Assembly: GCA_018376535.1 (NCBI GenBank)
Contig: JAHABC010000001.1
Location: 186,066 to 250,065 of the forward strand
Reading direction: 5' to 3'
Length of the DNA: 64,000 nucleotides
Source: Ruminococcus sp.
GTDB taxonomy: Bacteria > Bacillota > Clostridia > Oscillospirales > Ruminococcaceae
Positions 39,963 through 50,238 of the stretch are shown one piece after another (positions within the stretch are counted from its first letter, which is position 1; each line of letters begins with the position of its first letter). The notes below the pieces were generated by a model that did not search any database, had not been told where the DNA came from, and saw only the letters and a list, made by a program, of their open reading frames with translations. Made by a program: the position numbers and the translations under genes.

Positions 39963-42900
39963 TTAAAGTATTTCCCAATTGTCGCTATTGGCAATTGTAT
40001 TTATAAAGTTTATATAATCATTGAACATATTGTCAATAATTTCTGCATCAAAGAGTTCGCTAACGTAGTCCCAAATCAAAACTAGTTCATTATTTCTAAC
40101 CAATGCTTGATGGTCTAACGATACTTGTGGCGTTTGACTTATAGAATATACTTCTTTTACGCTATCAAAGATATCATTTTCATTAGAACTACTTTCAAGA
40201 TTTCCAAAAATCATACTAGTAAATACTACAGGCATAACGGCTTTTAGAATATTATCATCGGAGAAGTGTTTTAATAGTTCCAAACCGTTATAGGTTCTAT
40301 GTTCTATAGCCTCTACAAGATAGTTCTTAGTTGAAGTTAAGCTATCCATAAAAGTAGAATTTTTGCTTTCAAAGTAAGGAATTAATGTAATATTAGTAAA
40401 ATCTCCCAATATGTTCCAAACATCATTGTGTAGAGGTAATCTATTAAATAGCGTTAGATTTAAAGTGAAATCGTGAGTATTACTATACTTAGATAATACA
40501 CTCATATAAGCAGTGCATATAACTGCCGATGCCGTTAAACCATACTTTTTAATCTTCTCATTTAATAGATGTGTCTTATTCTTATCTAATACGAACCTCT
40601 TACGCTTAAAGTGAGGCGTTTCTACTTGTGAGAAATCTACCTTATACTTCAACTCTGGAGCGTTTGGCAAACTTTGAACACTATTTTCCCAATATTCTAT
40701 TGCCTTTTTATGATATTCTTTATCTTCAAGGAATATGCTTTCATTTGTAACGTAATCCTTAAACGATAGTTGTGGCTTTTTGATAGTTCTACCCTCATAG
40801 ACTTCAAATATTTCAGAAATCATCATATTAGCACTCCAACCATCTAAAAGGATACAGTCGAAACTAAAGTGCACTATATAGTTATCATTACCCAAATCAC
40901 TGACAATTATGTCAAACATAGGCCACTTGCCTATTTCGTACTTATGTTCCGACCAAGTACTTCTAACCTGCAAGAGTTCCTCATTAGATACCTTACTAAC
41001 TTTAACCTTGTAGTAAGGCATATTTTCAAGAACTGCTTGAGTTCCGTTGGAAAACACTACCGTTTGAAGAATATCATTGTAACGAATAACCTTATTAATA
41101 GATTTTTCTAACTTAACTAAATCAAGATTATTCCATTCTATTTCGGTGTAGTAGTGAGCACTAGTTCCACCCAATTCATAATAGTTAGAACGTCCTAACA
41201 GATAAGCCTTCTGTAATGGTGTTAGTAAGAATGAATTTTCTTTAAAGTATTCGGCATCATGTTTTTCTTGTTCAGCCTTTACAGTTAGATACTCTATTAA
41301 GGATTGCTTATTAGCTATCAACTCTGCCTTTAACTGAGGTGTCATCTTGCCCTTAGATGCCTTAAACTTTAACTTACCATCTTCAAGATATAGTTCTATT
41401 CCTTGATTAGAATACTTTTCTAATGGATTTTCTTGTAACTCAGTAGTAGTATATACAAAGTTATCATCATCATCTGGTTGAGAGTTATCTTGTTGTTGAA
41501 CAAAGTTATTATTATCGTTAGCGACTTTTCCATCGAAGAAGTTAATAAGTTCACTTACAGACTTATAAGATATCATATCACTTATAGATGGTCTTTCACC
41601 ATATATACTTTCTAACTCATCAGCAAGACGTATCATATCAACGGAAGATACTCCAAAAGCACTAAAACTATCATCTTCAGTAATTTCGGATATATCCAAA
41701 ATTTCTCTAATCTTCTTCAATATAGGATTAACATTCTCATTAGAAGTATTTGACGCTTTACTACTATTCTTTATATCCTCATATATTTGATGTAACTTTT
41801 TCATATCGGATTTGCCATTAGCTGTTACTGGTAAATCTTCTATACAAATAATCTTATCTGGAATAAAGTACTTAGGTAGATACTTACCAAGTTCTTGTTT
41901 TAGTAGTTCTTGGTCTATAGTATCCTTTTGGATTAGAAAAGCAACTATCTTTTTGCGTGAATTTCCAACAGGCATTATAATAGCCTTGCTATCTATACCA
42001 CACTTTTTAATTGCAGATATAATTTCACCTATTTCAATTCTGTAGCCGTTTATCTTTATTTGACCATCTTTTCTACCAAGGAACTCTATAACGCCATCAC
42101 TGATATACTTACCGTAATCGCCAGTATTATATAGTCGTTCGCCAATAGATTTATGTACATAGAAAGCATTTTCAGTTAAAGAAGGTTCATTATAATAACA
42201 TTCTGCAAGACCGTCACCTGCTATGTGAAGTTTTCCTGATACATAGTCTGGACATCTTCTGTTAAAGTCATCTAAGATATAAAATCTTTGGTTTGCTAAA
42301 GGATATCCATATGGAATAGAGTTCCATTCAGGATTTAAAGTATCCACATTAAAGTAGTTAGACCAAATAGATGCCTCTGTTGCACCACCCATGCTAGTAA
42401 GTTCGGCATTAGGAAGTGCTTTATATAGTTTATCCAATAGGTTTAGAGGTATCCAGTCACCCGATAGGATAACTTTTCTTATACTTTCTGAAGTTAAAGA
42501 TTTTTTATTTAAGAAGTCTAAATATAAATCCATAATAGCAGGAACAGTATTCCAAACAGTGACATCGTTGTGTTTAACTAACTGATATTGACTTTTAGGG
42601 TCTATTTTTTCCTGTTCAGTAGGAATAACTATCTTACCACCTACAGATAGCATTCCAAAAACGTCATACACTGATAAGTCAAAACTTAATGAAGATATCG
42701 CTATAGTACTATCATTAGATGTTATATTATACTTTCTAGTTACGTCATCTATGGTGTTCATTGCCGAACCGTGTGCAATGTACACTCCCTTTGGATTTCC
42801 CGTCGAACCAGATGTATATATAATATATGCACCATCACTAGCAGATATTGTCGGTAGATTAGTACCATCACTGCTAGAACTTTCAAAGTCTATGATACTA

Positions 42901-45900
42901 TAGTATGTAATACCCATATCATTGAACTTATTATCACCGATTATAGCCTTTGGTATGGATTTTTCTATGATATTTATAGTCCTATTTTTAGGTTGTTTGT
43001 ATGTAATAGGTACATAAACAGCTCCAGCCTTTAAAATTCCGACTATAGAGTAAATCTGTTCAAAAGATTTTGGAAGTTCTACTAGAACTCTGTCGCCTAT
43101 AGTAACGCCATCTTGTATTAGTTGATTAGCTACCTTATTAGAACACTCATCAAGTTGCCTATATGTATAAGAATTTCCATTGGTTACAACTGCTACGTTA
43201 TTTGGATTTTCTAAGACATTCTTATTAAAGCCAGTAAGTAGAGTAACTGGAGTATACTCAATAGTTGTCATATTAGCCTTATCGTGAGCCTCTACTTGAT
43301 ATGATGGTCTTAAATCTATTAAAGTTTGATTAAAGAACTCTGGATTTTCAATAGCCTTATCTACTAAAGAAGTATATACATCAAACATAGCACTTACGAC
43401 ATTATCCATGAATACGCCATCAAGGGTATCCCAAGATAGAACTATGTCTTTATCCTCATAGAAAATTTGATGGTCTATACAAACTTGTGGTGTAGATGAT
43501 ATCAAACTATTTGAAGATTTTAAGAAGATAGCATCATTGTCTGAGATATCTTTATTTAAATCATCAATACCGATAGCACTAGTAAATACTACAGTATACA
43601 TTCTATCTTCGTTGAAGTGTTTTCTTAACTCACCAACGAACTCTGTAGCAGAGTACTCTGTATGAGATATACTATTCATGATAGTACTTTGAATATCCAA
43701 AGCATTTTTAGATACAGTTGTATCCTTTCTATGAACATCTATTAAAGCTAGTTTAGTGAAGTCACCAATTATCTTTTGAACATCTTTGTTAATATTTTCT
43801 CTGTTGAAAACTGTCATCATTATAGCAAATGAAGAACCTCCTCCAAATGCAGATAACACTTCAGCATACAACGTAAACAACGCAGATGATGGAGTTAATC
43901 CATACTTAGCACAATTTTGAGTAAACTTCTTCCATTGCTTTGGATTGATATTCTTTCTTCTTCTAACGAACTTATGTTTATTATCCACAAATTCCGAACT
44001 CTTAAATGGTAGTTCAGGGGATTTAGGAAAATCTTCTATTTTAGATAACCAATATTTTTTGTCTACATCATGTTTAGCCTTAATATCACTGGAATTATTT
44101 AAGTAGTTAAGATAATCTTTGTAAGTAATAGTTAGAGGTTCTAATATTTCACCATTGTACAACTTGCCCATATCTTTCCAGAAGATATATAAACTCATAG
44201 CATCGGCAATCATGAAGTCTATGGAGAAGTGTATTCTGTAGTTGATATCATCTAACTTAGTTATAGCAACTTTAAACATAGGTTTATCTATAGGTAGAAT
44301 TTCATAAGACATAGTAGTTCTTATGTTATCAAGATGTTTTTGCATATCACTAATAGATTTATAATCATATACCACTACTGTAGAATACTCATCTTTAACA
44401 ATATACTGTTTAGCGTCCTTGTTCATGCGACATCTAAGCATATCGTGACGTTGTTCCAAGCACTTTAGAGTATGTTTAAACTTTTCGATATCTAAGTTAG
44501 GCATATCTAACTCAAAGTAAGTACAACACGCATTATTAGATAACAACATATTCTTATTATCTCTACCAGCCCAGTAAGCATATTGAATATCGTTTAAGTC
44601 GAACATATCGTATCTATGTTGTTCGTCTATTGTAACTTGATTAACTTGCTTATCAGCAGAATTACTTACAGTTAAACCTTTTAACAACTCTTTCCAACCA
44701 GATACAGTACAGTTATTAAAGAAATCATTTAGATTTATTTCAACATTGAAATGTTTTTTAATATCGCCTACTATCTTAACGCCGTTTAAGGAACTCAAAC
44801 CTAAAGTTAGTAGATTAGTATTTTCATCAATATCAGATTTATCAATACCTAAATGATATACTAATAAGTTTACAATATATTCCGATATCTTTTCGTCAGT
44901 AAGTTCCAAACTACTATTAGAAGTTTCTTCAACTTCGTTTATAACTGGAGTTGCATAACTAACCTTTTCATATAGATTGTGTATATAAGGTATCTTTTTA
45001 GTATCAAAAGCGTAGTTAGGAATATCGCAAGTTTGAGCGTTAAAAGATTTATAATAACCTCTCATATTGAAAGGAATAGCATATAAAAACATTGATGATA
45101 AGATTTCAGCAATCTTATAATCAGCAGAAGTATCTTTAGATGCTGAATATATACAATCGGCGTTACCGTTGGATATTCTTCCAATAAGACCACTTAAAAT
45201 AGGCATTGCACCAACTTCTAAGAATAAGTATTCCGATAGGTTTCCTAAATTGAGTACGCTATCTAGGAAACGAACTTCTGAAACTATATGTTGTTTCCAG
45301 TAATCAGCAGTTGTAAATAGAGTCGTTTCTGCCTTAGATGTAACGTTTGAAATAATATTCAACTTTGGCTTTGAATATGTTACTGTCTTAGCCACTTCAA
45401 AGAAGTCATTAGATGCATCTTGCATAAATGGTGTATGGAATGGTCTAGTAGTATTCAAGATAGTATGTTTTATATCTTTAGCATTTAGTATGCCATCTAT
45501 TTCTAAAATAGATTTTTCACTTCCTGCAATGACTGTCTGTTGCTGACTATTCGACAATGATATATATACATCATTATAAGGCTTAATGATATCTTTAATA
45601 CATTCTTTATCGGTGAATATAGCCATCATTTTGCCAAATATAGATTTTTCTTGTATAGCTTTACCTCTTGTAACTACGAGTTTCATGGCATCTTCAAGAG
45701 AGAATACTCCCGATATACAAGCCGAAACGTATTCGCCTATACTATGACCAAATACTATACTTGGATTGATTCCATACTTTTGATACATATACGCTAATGA
45801 ATATTCTACTGAAAATATCGCAGGTTGAGTATATACAGTTTGTGATAAGTCATACTTTTCGGAAAATACTAAATCTATTAGACTACCTCCAGTAAGTTGA

Positions 45901-47651
45901 TTATAATACTTATCACACATATCGAAGGCTTGTTTAAAGTAAGGATTTTTATAAAAATCCTTGCACATATTGTTATATTGTGAGCCTTGACCAGTAAATG
46001 TAAATACAATCTTCTTTTTAGATAGTCCCTTTTGTGTGAATATGTTGCTATCCATTTGACCAGAAATAGCCTTGTTTAATAGACTTTTTAAATCATCAAG
46101 ATTTTTAGCCATAATAAGAGTTCTAACCTCTAATATGGCTCTGGTTACATTTTGCGTATATGATAGATTAGTTAAGTTTATATCTTTGCAAGTTTCAACG
46201 TAAGCTAGGAACTTCTTCATCTGTTCAATAAGAGCGTTCTCAGTTACTGCCGAAAACATAAATGGATATACTGGCATATCTTGAGTAGTAACAGTATCTT
46301 TGTTATACTCCTCAAGAACTATATGAACGTTAGTTCCAGAAAGTCCAAACGAACTAACACCTGCAACCCTATTTTTACCATTAGATTTATTCCAATCCAT
46401 TAAGTTTTGAGCAACCTTAACAGATATAGCGTTCCAATTAACATACTCCGATGGTACGTTATAGTTTATACTTTTAACAATCTTTTTGTGTTCAAGCATA
46501 AGAGCAGTTTTTATCACACTAGCAATACCAGAAGCAGGTTCTAAGTGACCGATACTAGCCTTTAATGAACCTATATATAAAGGTTCGGTTCTATTAGAAC
46601 CTATTACGTTAGATATCGATTTTATTTCAATAGGGTCGCCTAGAGCAGTTCCTGTACCATGAGTTTCAATGTAGTCTATATCGTTAGGAGTAATACCACT
46701 CTTAATCCAAGCAGATTTCAAAAGTTCTTCTTGAGCAAATCCATTAGGTGCAGTTAGACTAGTACTAGCACCATCATGATTAATATAGCTACCCTTGATT
46801 ACACAATGTATACTATCATTATCGGCAGTGGCTTTGGATAGATTTTTCAATAGTATAGCACAACAACCTTCGCCTCTAACAGTACCATTAGCGAACTTAT
46901 CAAAACTTTTTAGTTCGCAAGTTTTGGATAGTATGTTCAATGCGGATAGCTTCTTAGTAGTTTCAGGTGAAAACATTATATTAACACCACAAACTATAGC
47001 CATTTCACAATCGTTATCTCTTAGCGATTTTATAGCTTGATTTATAGCACTCGCTGATGCTGAACAAGCAGTATCTATAGTTAAAGCTGGACCATGAAAA
47101 CCAAAAAAGTAAGATATTCTACCAGATATAAACGATACGTTCATACCAGTAACATCAATATCATGTTCATTTCTAGTTATGTTTTCGTTTAAGAAGTCTG
47201 TTTGAGCGACACCACAAAATACGCCTATTTTTTTACCTTTCAATTCTGTAGGAGAGTATCCTGCATTTTCAAGAACTTCCCAACAAACTTTTAGAACCAT
47301 TCTCTGTTGAGGGTCAATATAAGATGCCTCTTTAGGAGGAATTTTAAACAATCTACTGTCAAATTCTTCAATATCTTCAGTTAAAAAACCTGCCTTTTGC
47401 AAGTATGGATTTTTTAAAAGTTCATCTTTATCATACTCATTCCATCTATTTTCTGGGACGTTTATAATGTCATCTTGACCACTTTCAAGAGATTGCCAAA
47501 AATCTTGAGTATTTTTTATACCATTAGGTAACCTACAAGCCATTCCTATGATGGCTGTAGGTTCATTAGATATAGTTTTTTCTGATAAAAGTTTTTTTAA
47601 TCTTTGAATTTCAAGCAAAGCTTTTTTCATTAAATCTTTATTTTCAGACAT
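39963..47651 (-). CDS. Hybrid PKS-NRPS megasynthase: KS-AT-ACP-Cy-A(Cys)-PCP-Cy
   Basis: KS domain: DTACSAS, HGTGT, GHLEPASG. AT domain: GQGSQ, GHSIGE, and an RPFH malonyl-type motif. ACP: LGLSSL. Cy1: FDLNDIQYAYWAGR and DFMIADAMS (DxxxxDxxS). A domain: YIIYTSGSTGNPKGV, FDLSVYD, GGATEASIWS and LSGDWIP, which are Cys-type signatures. Other A-domain motifs are NTGDYGKY and GRKDGQIKINGYRIEIGEI. PCP: FGVSSVD. Cy2: LTPLQKAYLLGR and DCILLDGWS. A GGAGGT RBS is present. The start abuts the FAAL gene stop. Confidence 0.85.
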   Translation of the reverse strand: MSENKDLMKKALLEIQRLKKLLSEKTISNEPTAIIGMACRLPNGIKNTQDFWQSLESGQDDIINVPENRWNEYDKDELLKNPYLQKAGFLTEDIEEFDSRLFKIPPKEASYIDPQQRMVLKVCWEVLENAGYSPTELKGKKIGVFCGVAQTDFLNENITRNEHDIDVTGMNVSFISGRISYFFGFHGPALTIDTACSASASAINQAIKSLRDNDCEMAIVCGVNIMFSPETTKKLSALNILSKTCELKSFDKFANGTVRGEGCCAILLKNLSKATADNDSIHCVIKGSYINHDGASTSLTAPNGFAQEELLKSAWIKSGITPNDIDYIETHGTGTALGDPIEIKSISNVIGSNRTEPLYIGSLKASIGHLEPASGIASVIKTALMLEHKKIVKSINYNVPSEYVNWNAISVKVAQNLMDWNKSNGKNRVAGVSSFGLSGTNVHIVLEEYNKDTVTTQDMPVYPFMFSAVTENALIEQMKKFLAYVETCKDINLTNLSYTQNVTRAILEVRTLIMAKNLDDLKSLLNKAISGQMDSNIFTQKGLSKKKIVFTFTGQGSQYNNMCKDFYKNPYFKQAFDMCDKYYNQLTGGSLIDLVFSEKYDLSQTVYTQPAIFSVEYSLAYMYQKYGINPSIVFGHSIGEYVSACISGVFSLEDAMKLVVTRGKAIQEKSIFGKMMAIFTDKECIKDIIKPYNDVYISLSNSQQQTVIAGSEKSILEIDGILNAKDIKHTILNTTRPFHTPFMQDASNDFFEVAKTVTYSKPKLNIISNVTSKAETTLFTTADYWKQHIVSEVRFLDSVLNLGNLSEYLFLEVGAMPILSGLIGRISNGNADCIYSASKDTSADYKIAEILSSMFLYAIPFNMRGYYKSFNAQTCDIPNYAFDTKKIPYIHNLYEKVSYATPVINEVEETSNSSLELTDEKISEYIVNLLVYHLGIDKSDIDENTNLLTLGLSSLNGVKIVGDIKKHFNVEINLNDFFNNCTVSGWKELLKGLTVSNSADKQVNQVTIDEQHRYDMFDLNDIQYAYWAGRDNKNMLLSNNACCTYFELDMPNLDIEKFKHTLKCLEQRHDMLRCRMNKDAKQYIVKDEYSTVVVYDYKSISDMQKHLDNIRTTMSYEILPIDKPMFKVAITKLDDINYRIHFSIDFMIADAMSLYIFWKDMGKLYNGEILEPLTITYKDYLNYLNNSSDIKAKHDVDKKYWLSKIEDFPKSPELPFKSSEFVDNKHKFVRRRKNINPKQWKKFTQNCAKYGLTPSSALFTLYAEVLSAFGGGSSFAIMMTVFNRENINKDVQKIIGDFTKLALIDVHRKDTTVSKNALDIQSTIMNSISHTEYSATEFVGELRKHFNEDRMYTVVFTSAIGIDDLNKDISDNDAIFLKSSNSLISSTPQVCIDHQIFYEDKDIVLSWDTLDGVFMDNVVSAMFDVYTSLVDKAIENPEFFNQTLIDLRPSYQVEAHDKANMTTIEYTPVTLLTGFNKNVLENPNNVAVVTNGNSYTYRQLDECSNKVANQLIQDGVTIGDRVLVELPKSFEQIYSIVGILKAGAVYVPITYKQPKNRTINIIEKSIPKAIIGDNKFNDMGITYYSIIDFESSSSDGTNLPTISASDGAYIIYTSGSTGNPKGVYIAHGSAMNTIDDVTRKYNITSNDSTIAISSLSFDLSVYDVFGMLSVGGKIVIPTEQEKIDPKSQYQLVKHNDVTVWNTVPAIMDLYLDFLNKKSLTSESIRKVILSGDWIPLNLLDKLYKALPNAELTSMGGATEASIWSNYFNVDTLNPEWNSIPYGYPLANQRFYILDDFNRRCPDYVSGKLHIAGDGLAECYYNEPSLTENAFYVHKSIGERLYNTGDYGKYISDGVIEFLGRKDGQIKINGYRIEIGEIISAIKKCGIDSKAIIMPVGNSRKKIVAFLIQKDTIDQELLKQELGKYLPKYFIPDKIICIEDLPVTANGKSDMKKLHQIYEDIKNSSKASNTSNENVNPILKKIREILDISEITEDDSFSAFGVSSVDMIRLADELESIYGERPSISDMISYKSVSELINFFDGKVANDNNNFVQQQDNSQPDDDDNFVYTTTELQENPLEKYSNQGIELYLEDGKLKFKASKGKMTPQLKAELIANKQSLIEYLTVKAEQEKHDAEYFKENSFLLTPLQKAYLLGRSNYYELGGTSAHYYTEIEWNNLDLVKLEKSINKVIRYNDILQTVVFSNGTQAVLENMPYYKVKVSKVSNEELLQVRSTWSEHKYEIGKWPMFDIIVSDLGNDNYIVHFSFDCILLDGWSANMMISEIFEVYEGRTIKKPQLSFKDYVTNESIFLEDKEYHKKAIEYWENSVQSLPNAPELKYKVDFSQVETPHFKRKRFVLDKNKTHLLNEKIKKYGLTASAVICTAYMSVLSKYSNTHDFTLNLTLFNRLPLHNDVWNILGDFTNITLIPYFESKNSTFMDSLTSTKNYLVEAIEHRTYNGLELLKHFSDDNILKAVMPVVFTSMIFGNLESSSNENDIFDSVKEVYSISQTPQVSLDHQALVRNNELVLIWDYVSELFDAEIIDNMFNDYINFINTIANSDNWEIL

Positions 47652-47653
47652 AA

Positions 47654-49756
47654 CTATATATTACCTCCAAGTTCTTGATTAAGTAAGTCTGCGATATCAT
47701 CTTCAGATAGTTCATCATTAGAGTTATCAAAGTACTTGTTATATACATATTCGGAGAAAGTATCGATAGTGTTATAGTTAAATATATCTACTATTTCAAG
47801 ATTTATTTCAAGACCTTCATTAATTTCACTTATTATATCCACTGAAGATTTAGAGTTTATACCCATCTGCATAAAAGGTATGGATTTATCTATATTAGAC
47901 TTATCAACACTTAAATGACTGGATATTAAAGTTAATACTAAGTCTACCATTTCATCTTTATTAGATGGCTTAACAAAGTCAATCTTAACAGATTTAACGT
48001 TATCGGAAACGTATAAAATATCCTTTAGAGTGTTATTTAGATATGCTTTTTTAGTAGCCAATCTCATAATCTTGCCACTGTAGGTTCTAAGAATACTATT
48101 CTCAGCTACAAAGATAACTTTTCCTACCGATAGCTTAAACGATTGTAATATATTATTTCTTATCTTATTAGCAATGTTAGATAACTCCTCTACAGATACA
48201 TCTTCAGCAACCTCTTGAATTAGAGTTAAACTATCTTCATCATCGCTAGAGTTTGAAAATACACAACTTGCATAGTTTAAGCGATTATCACTCTCATAGG
48301 AAACTTGTTCAATATCTTGAGGGTAATAGTTTACACCTCTAATGATAATAATTTCCTTAAATCTACCAGTGATAAATAACGCACCTTTTTCACTAAGGAA
48401 ACCAGCATCACCAGTATGTAAGATAACTTCTCCAGAAGTTTCATCTTTAACAAAGGAGTCTAAAGTATCAGCTTCATTCTTCCAATAGCCCTCAGCAACC
48501 GATTCGCCCAATACACAAACTTCACCAATTTCAAAAGGTTTAAGCTGATTGCCTTGGTTATCTAAAACCATAACTTTATCACCAATATCAATAGGAGAAC
48601 CGTTCCCTACTAGATACGTTACATTACTTTCATTTTCATCTACATAGTTTAGAAAACTATCTAAAACACCAGAAGATATTACAGATACTCTATTTTCGGA
48701 TAGTTTTTTAGTATCCAATTTAATCCATTCAGTATCTTCACCTGTGTAGTTGGCACTTACACAAAGAGTAGCCTCTGCAAGACCATAAGCACCCATAACA
48801 GCACTATCACGCAAACCCAGTTTATTAGCACACTTTATAAACTTTACAAGAGTATTAAATCTAACAGGTTCAGAACCGCTAATTATTCTAACTAAGGAAT
48901 CTAATCTAATACCATAAGCATTACTGTCATCATTTTCAATCTTTTCAAGAATGTTAGCTAAAATCTCGAAGGCAAAGTTAGGAGCAACTGTAAATGTAGC
49001 CTTATAATCGGATATAACTTTTAACCATATAATAGGATTTTTCTTAAAAGATGTTGGCGACATAAATATATCTTGACAACCGGAAGATATACTAGTTAAA
49101 AGTCCAGCAATAAGTCCCATATCGTGATAGTATGGCAACCAACTAACCCATCTACTAGTTTCATTAAGTCCTAGTTTTGCCATTATGTTCTGTAGATTGT
49201 TTATCAACGATAGATTAGTTACCATAACGCCTTTAGGCTCTTTTGTAGAACCAGATGTATATTGTAACAAAGCGATATCATTTATAACGCATAGTTCCTC
49301 ATTAGACTTTCCATCAGTTTGAGCGTATACTGGAGTGCTATTAAACTCTGCATTACTAGTAGCAGAAATTTTTTCTAAAATATCATTATTAGTTAAAATA
49401 CAAGATGCCTCACAATTATTGATGATACCTTTCCACTTTTTAAACTCACCATCAAATAGAGGCATATCCACTGGCACTATTATAGCACCTATTAAGTTAC
49501 AAGCCATAATACCAACCACAAGTTCTAAGTTGGCATGATACATAAGTATACATCTATCATTTTGTTTAACATTGTTCTCTAATAGATAGTTCGCAAAAGA
49601 CTCAGATTGTAAGTATAGTTGACTATATGTAATAGATGACTTATTTCCATCATCATCAATAAAGATATATGCTTCAACATCTGGAGTTATATCTGCACGA
49701 TATTTTAATATTTCTCCAATACTTTTAAAACTATCGATTTGAAAGTTACCCATCAT
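47654..49756 (-). CDS. Fatty acyl-AMP ligase with a C-terminal ACP (starter-unit loading didomain)
   Basis: 700 aa. The FAAL-type adenylation region carries LQYTSGSTKEPKGV and GDAGF. The C-terminal carrier reads FMQMGINSKSSVDII. The position directly upstream of the KS module is typical of lipopeptide/hybrid initiation. Confidence 0.8.
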   Translation of the reverse strand: MMGNFQIDSFKSIGEILKYRADITPDVEAYIFIDDDGNKSSITYSQLYLQSESFANYLLENNVKQNDRCILMYHANLELVVGIMACNLIGAIIVPVDMPLFDGEFKKWKGIINNCEASCILTNNDILEKISATSNAEFNSTPVYAQTDGKSNEELCVINDIALLQYTSGSTKEPKGVMVTNLSLINNLQNIMAKLGLNETSRWVSWLPYYHDMGLIAGLLTSISSGCQDIFMSPTSFKKNPIIWLKVISDYKATFTVAPNFAFEILANILEKIENDDSNAYGIRLDSLVRIISGSEPVRFNTLVKFIKCANKLGLRDSAVMGAYGLAEATLCVSANYTGEDTEWIKLDTKKLSENRVSVISSGVLDSFLNYVDENESNVTYLVGNGSPIDIGDKVMVLDNQGNQLKPFEIGEVCVLGESVAEGYWKNEADTLDSFVKDETSGEVILHTGDAGFLSEKGALFITGRFKEIIIIRGVNYYPQDIEQVSYESDNRLNYASCVFSNSSDDEDSLTLIQEVAEDVSVEELSNIANKIRNNILQSFKLSVGKVIFVAENSILRTYSGKIMRLATKKAYLNNTLKDILYVSDNVKSVKIDFVKPSNKDEMVDLVLTLISSHLSVDKSNIDKSIPFMQMGINSKSSVDIISEINEGLEINLEIVDIFNYNTIDTFSEYVYNKYFDNSNDELSEDDIADLLNQELGGNI

Positions 49757-49772
49757 AATTCAATCCTTTCTT

Positions 49773-49790
49773 AGTTAGCTAGTGCTAACT
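49773..49790. promoter_or_regulatory. Operator-like palindrome AGTTAGC-tagt-GCTAACT abutting the FAAL RBS
   Basis: A perfect 7-4-7 inverted repeat 17 bp upstream of the FAAL start codon. It is one of five related copies in the cluster. Coordinates are accurate to about 2 nt. Confidence 0.5.
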
Positions 49791-49838
49791 TTTTCACAAA
49801 AAAAATTAAGTTAAAATATTTAAATCGGTTTAATTTCA

Positions 49839-49855
49839 GTTAGCAACTGCTAACC
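49839..49855. promoter_or_regulatory. Operator-like palindrome AGTTAGC-aact-GCTAACC (distal FAAL site)
   Basis: 7-4-7 inverted repeat with one mismatch, 66 bp upstream of the first copy. Confidence 0.45.
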
Positions 49856-50153
49856 AAAAATCTAAAAATCGACTTGAATACGTACTTTAATTAAATTAAA
49901 AGCTACGTTATCAAGTTCGGGATAATTATAGCACAATCCAATTGAAAAGTCAACATAATTATTAGCAACTGTATATTAAACCAAACAGATTATACTATTA
50001 TGTTAAATATGTACAAATATTAGTCATGGTTTACATCTTGACAGTTTTAAATCGTTGTGATACACTATATTCGGTTAAAATTTAGCTTTTATAAGCTACT
50101 ATACACATATTAGCCATACTAGAATATTTTTCTAGCATTATTTTTTAAATACT

Positions 50154-50171
50154 AGTTAGCCAATACTAACT
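50154..50171. promoter_or_regulatory. Operator-like palindrome AGTTAGC-caat-ACTAACT (distal site for the ABC operon)
   Basis: 7-4-7 inverted repeat with one mismatch, 67 bp upstream of the proximal site. Confidence 0.45.
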
Positions 50172-50220
50172 AAATACAATATATTAATAACTATTTTTTA
50201 TAGATGTTATTGTATCTTGC

Positions 50221-50238
50221 AGTTAGCTAAAGCTAACT
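50221..50238. promoter_or_regulatory. Operator-like palindrome AGTTAGC-taaa-GCTAACT abutting the RBS of the ABC ATPase gene
   Basis: A perfect 7-4-7 inverted repeat immediately 5' of the AAAGGAGGAG RBS. Confidence 0.5.

Noticed and set aside
39963-47651. Calling the two C-type domains ordinary condensation domains with degenerate HHxxxDG motifs
   Set aside because: Both domains carry DxxxxDxxS at the active-site position and the N-terminal (F/L)xLxxxQxAYxxGR motif. These are hallmarks of heterocyclisation domains, so the Cy call is preferred.
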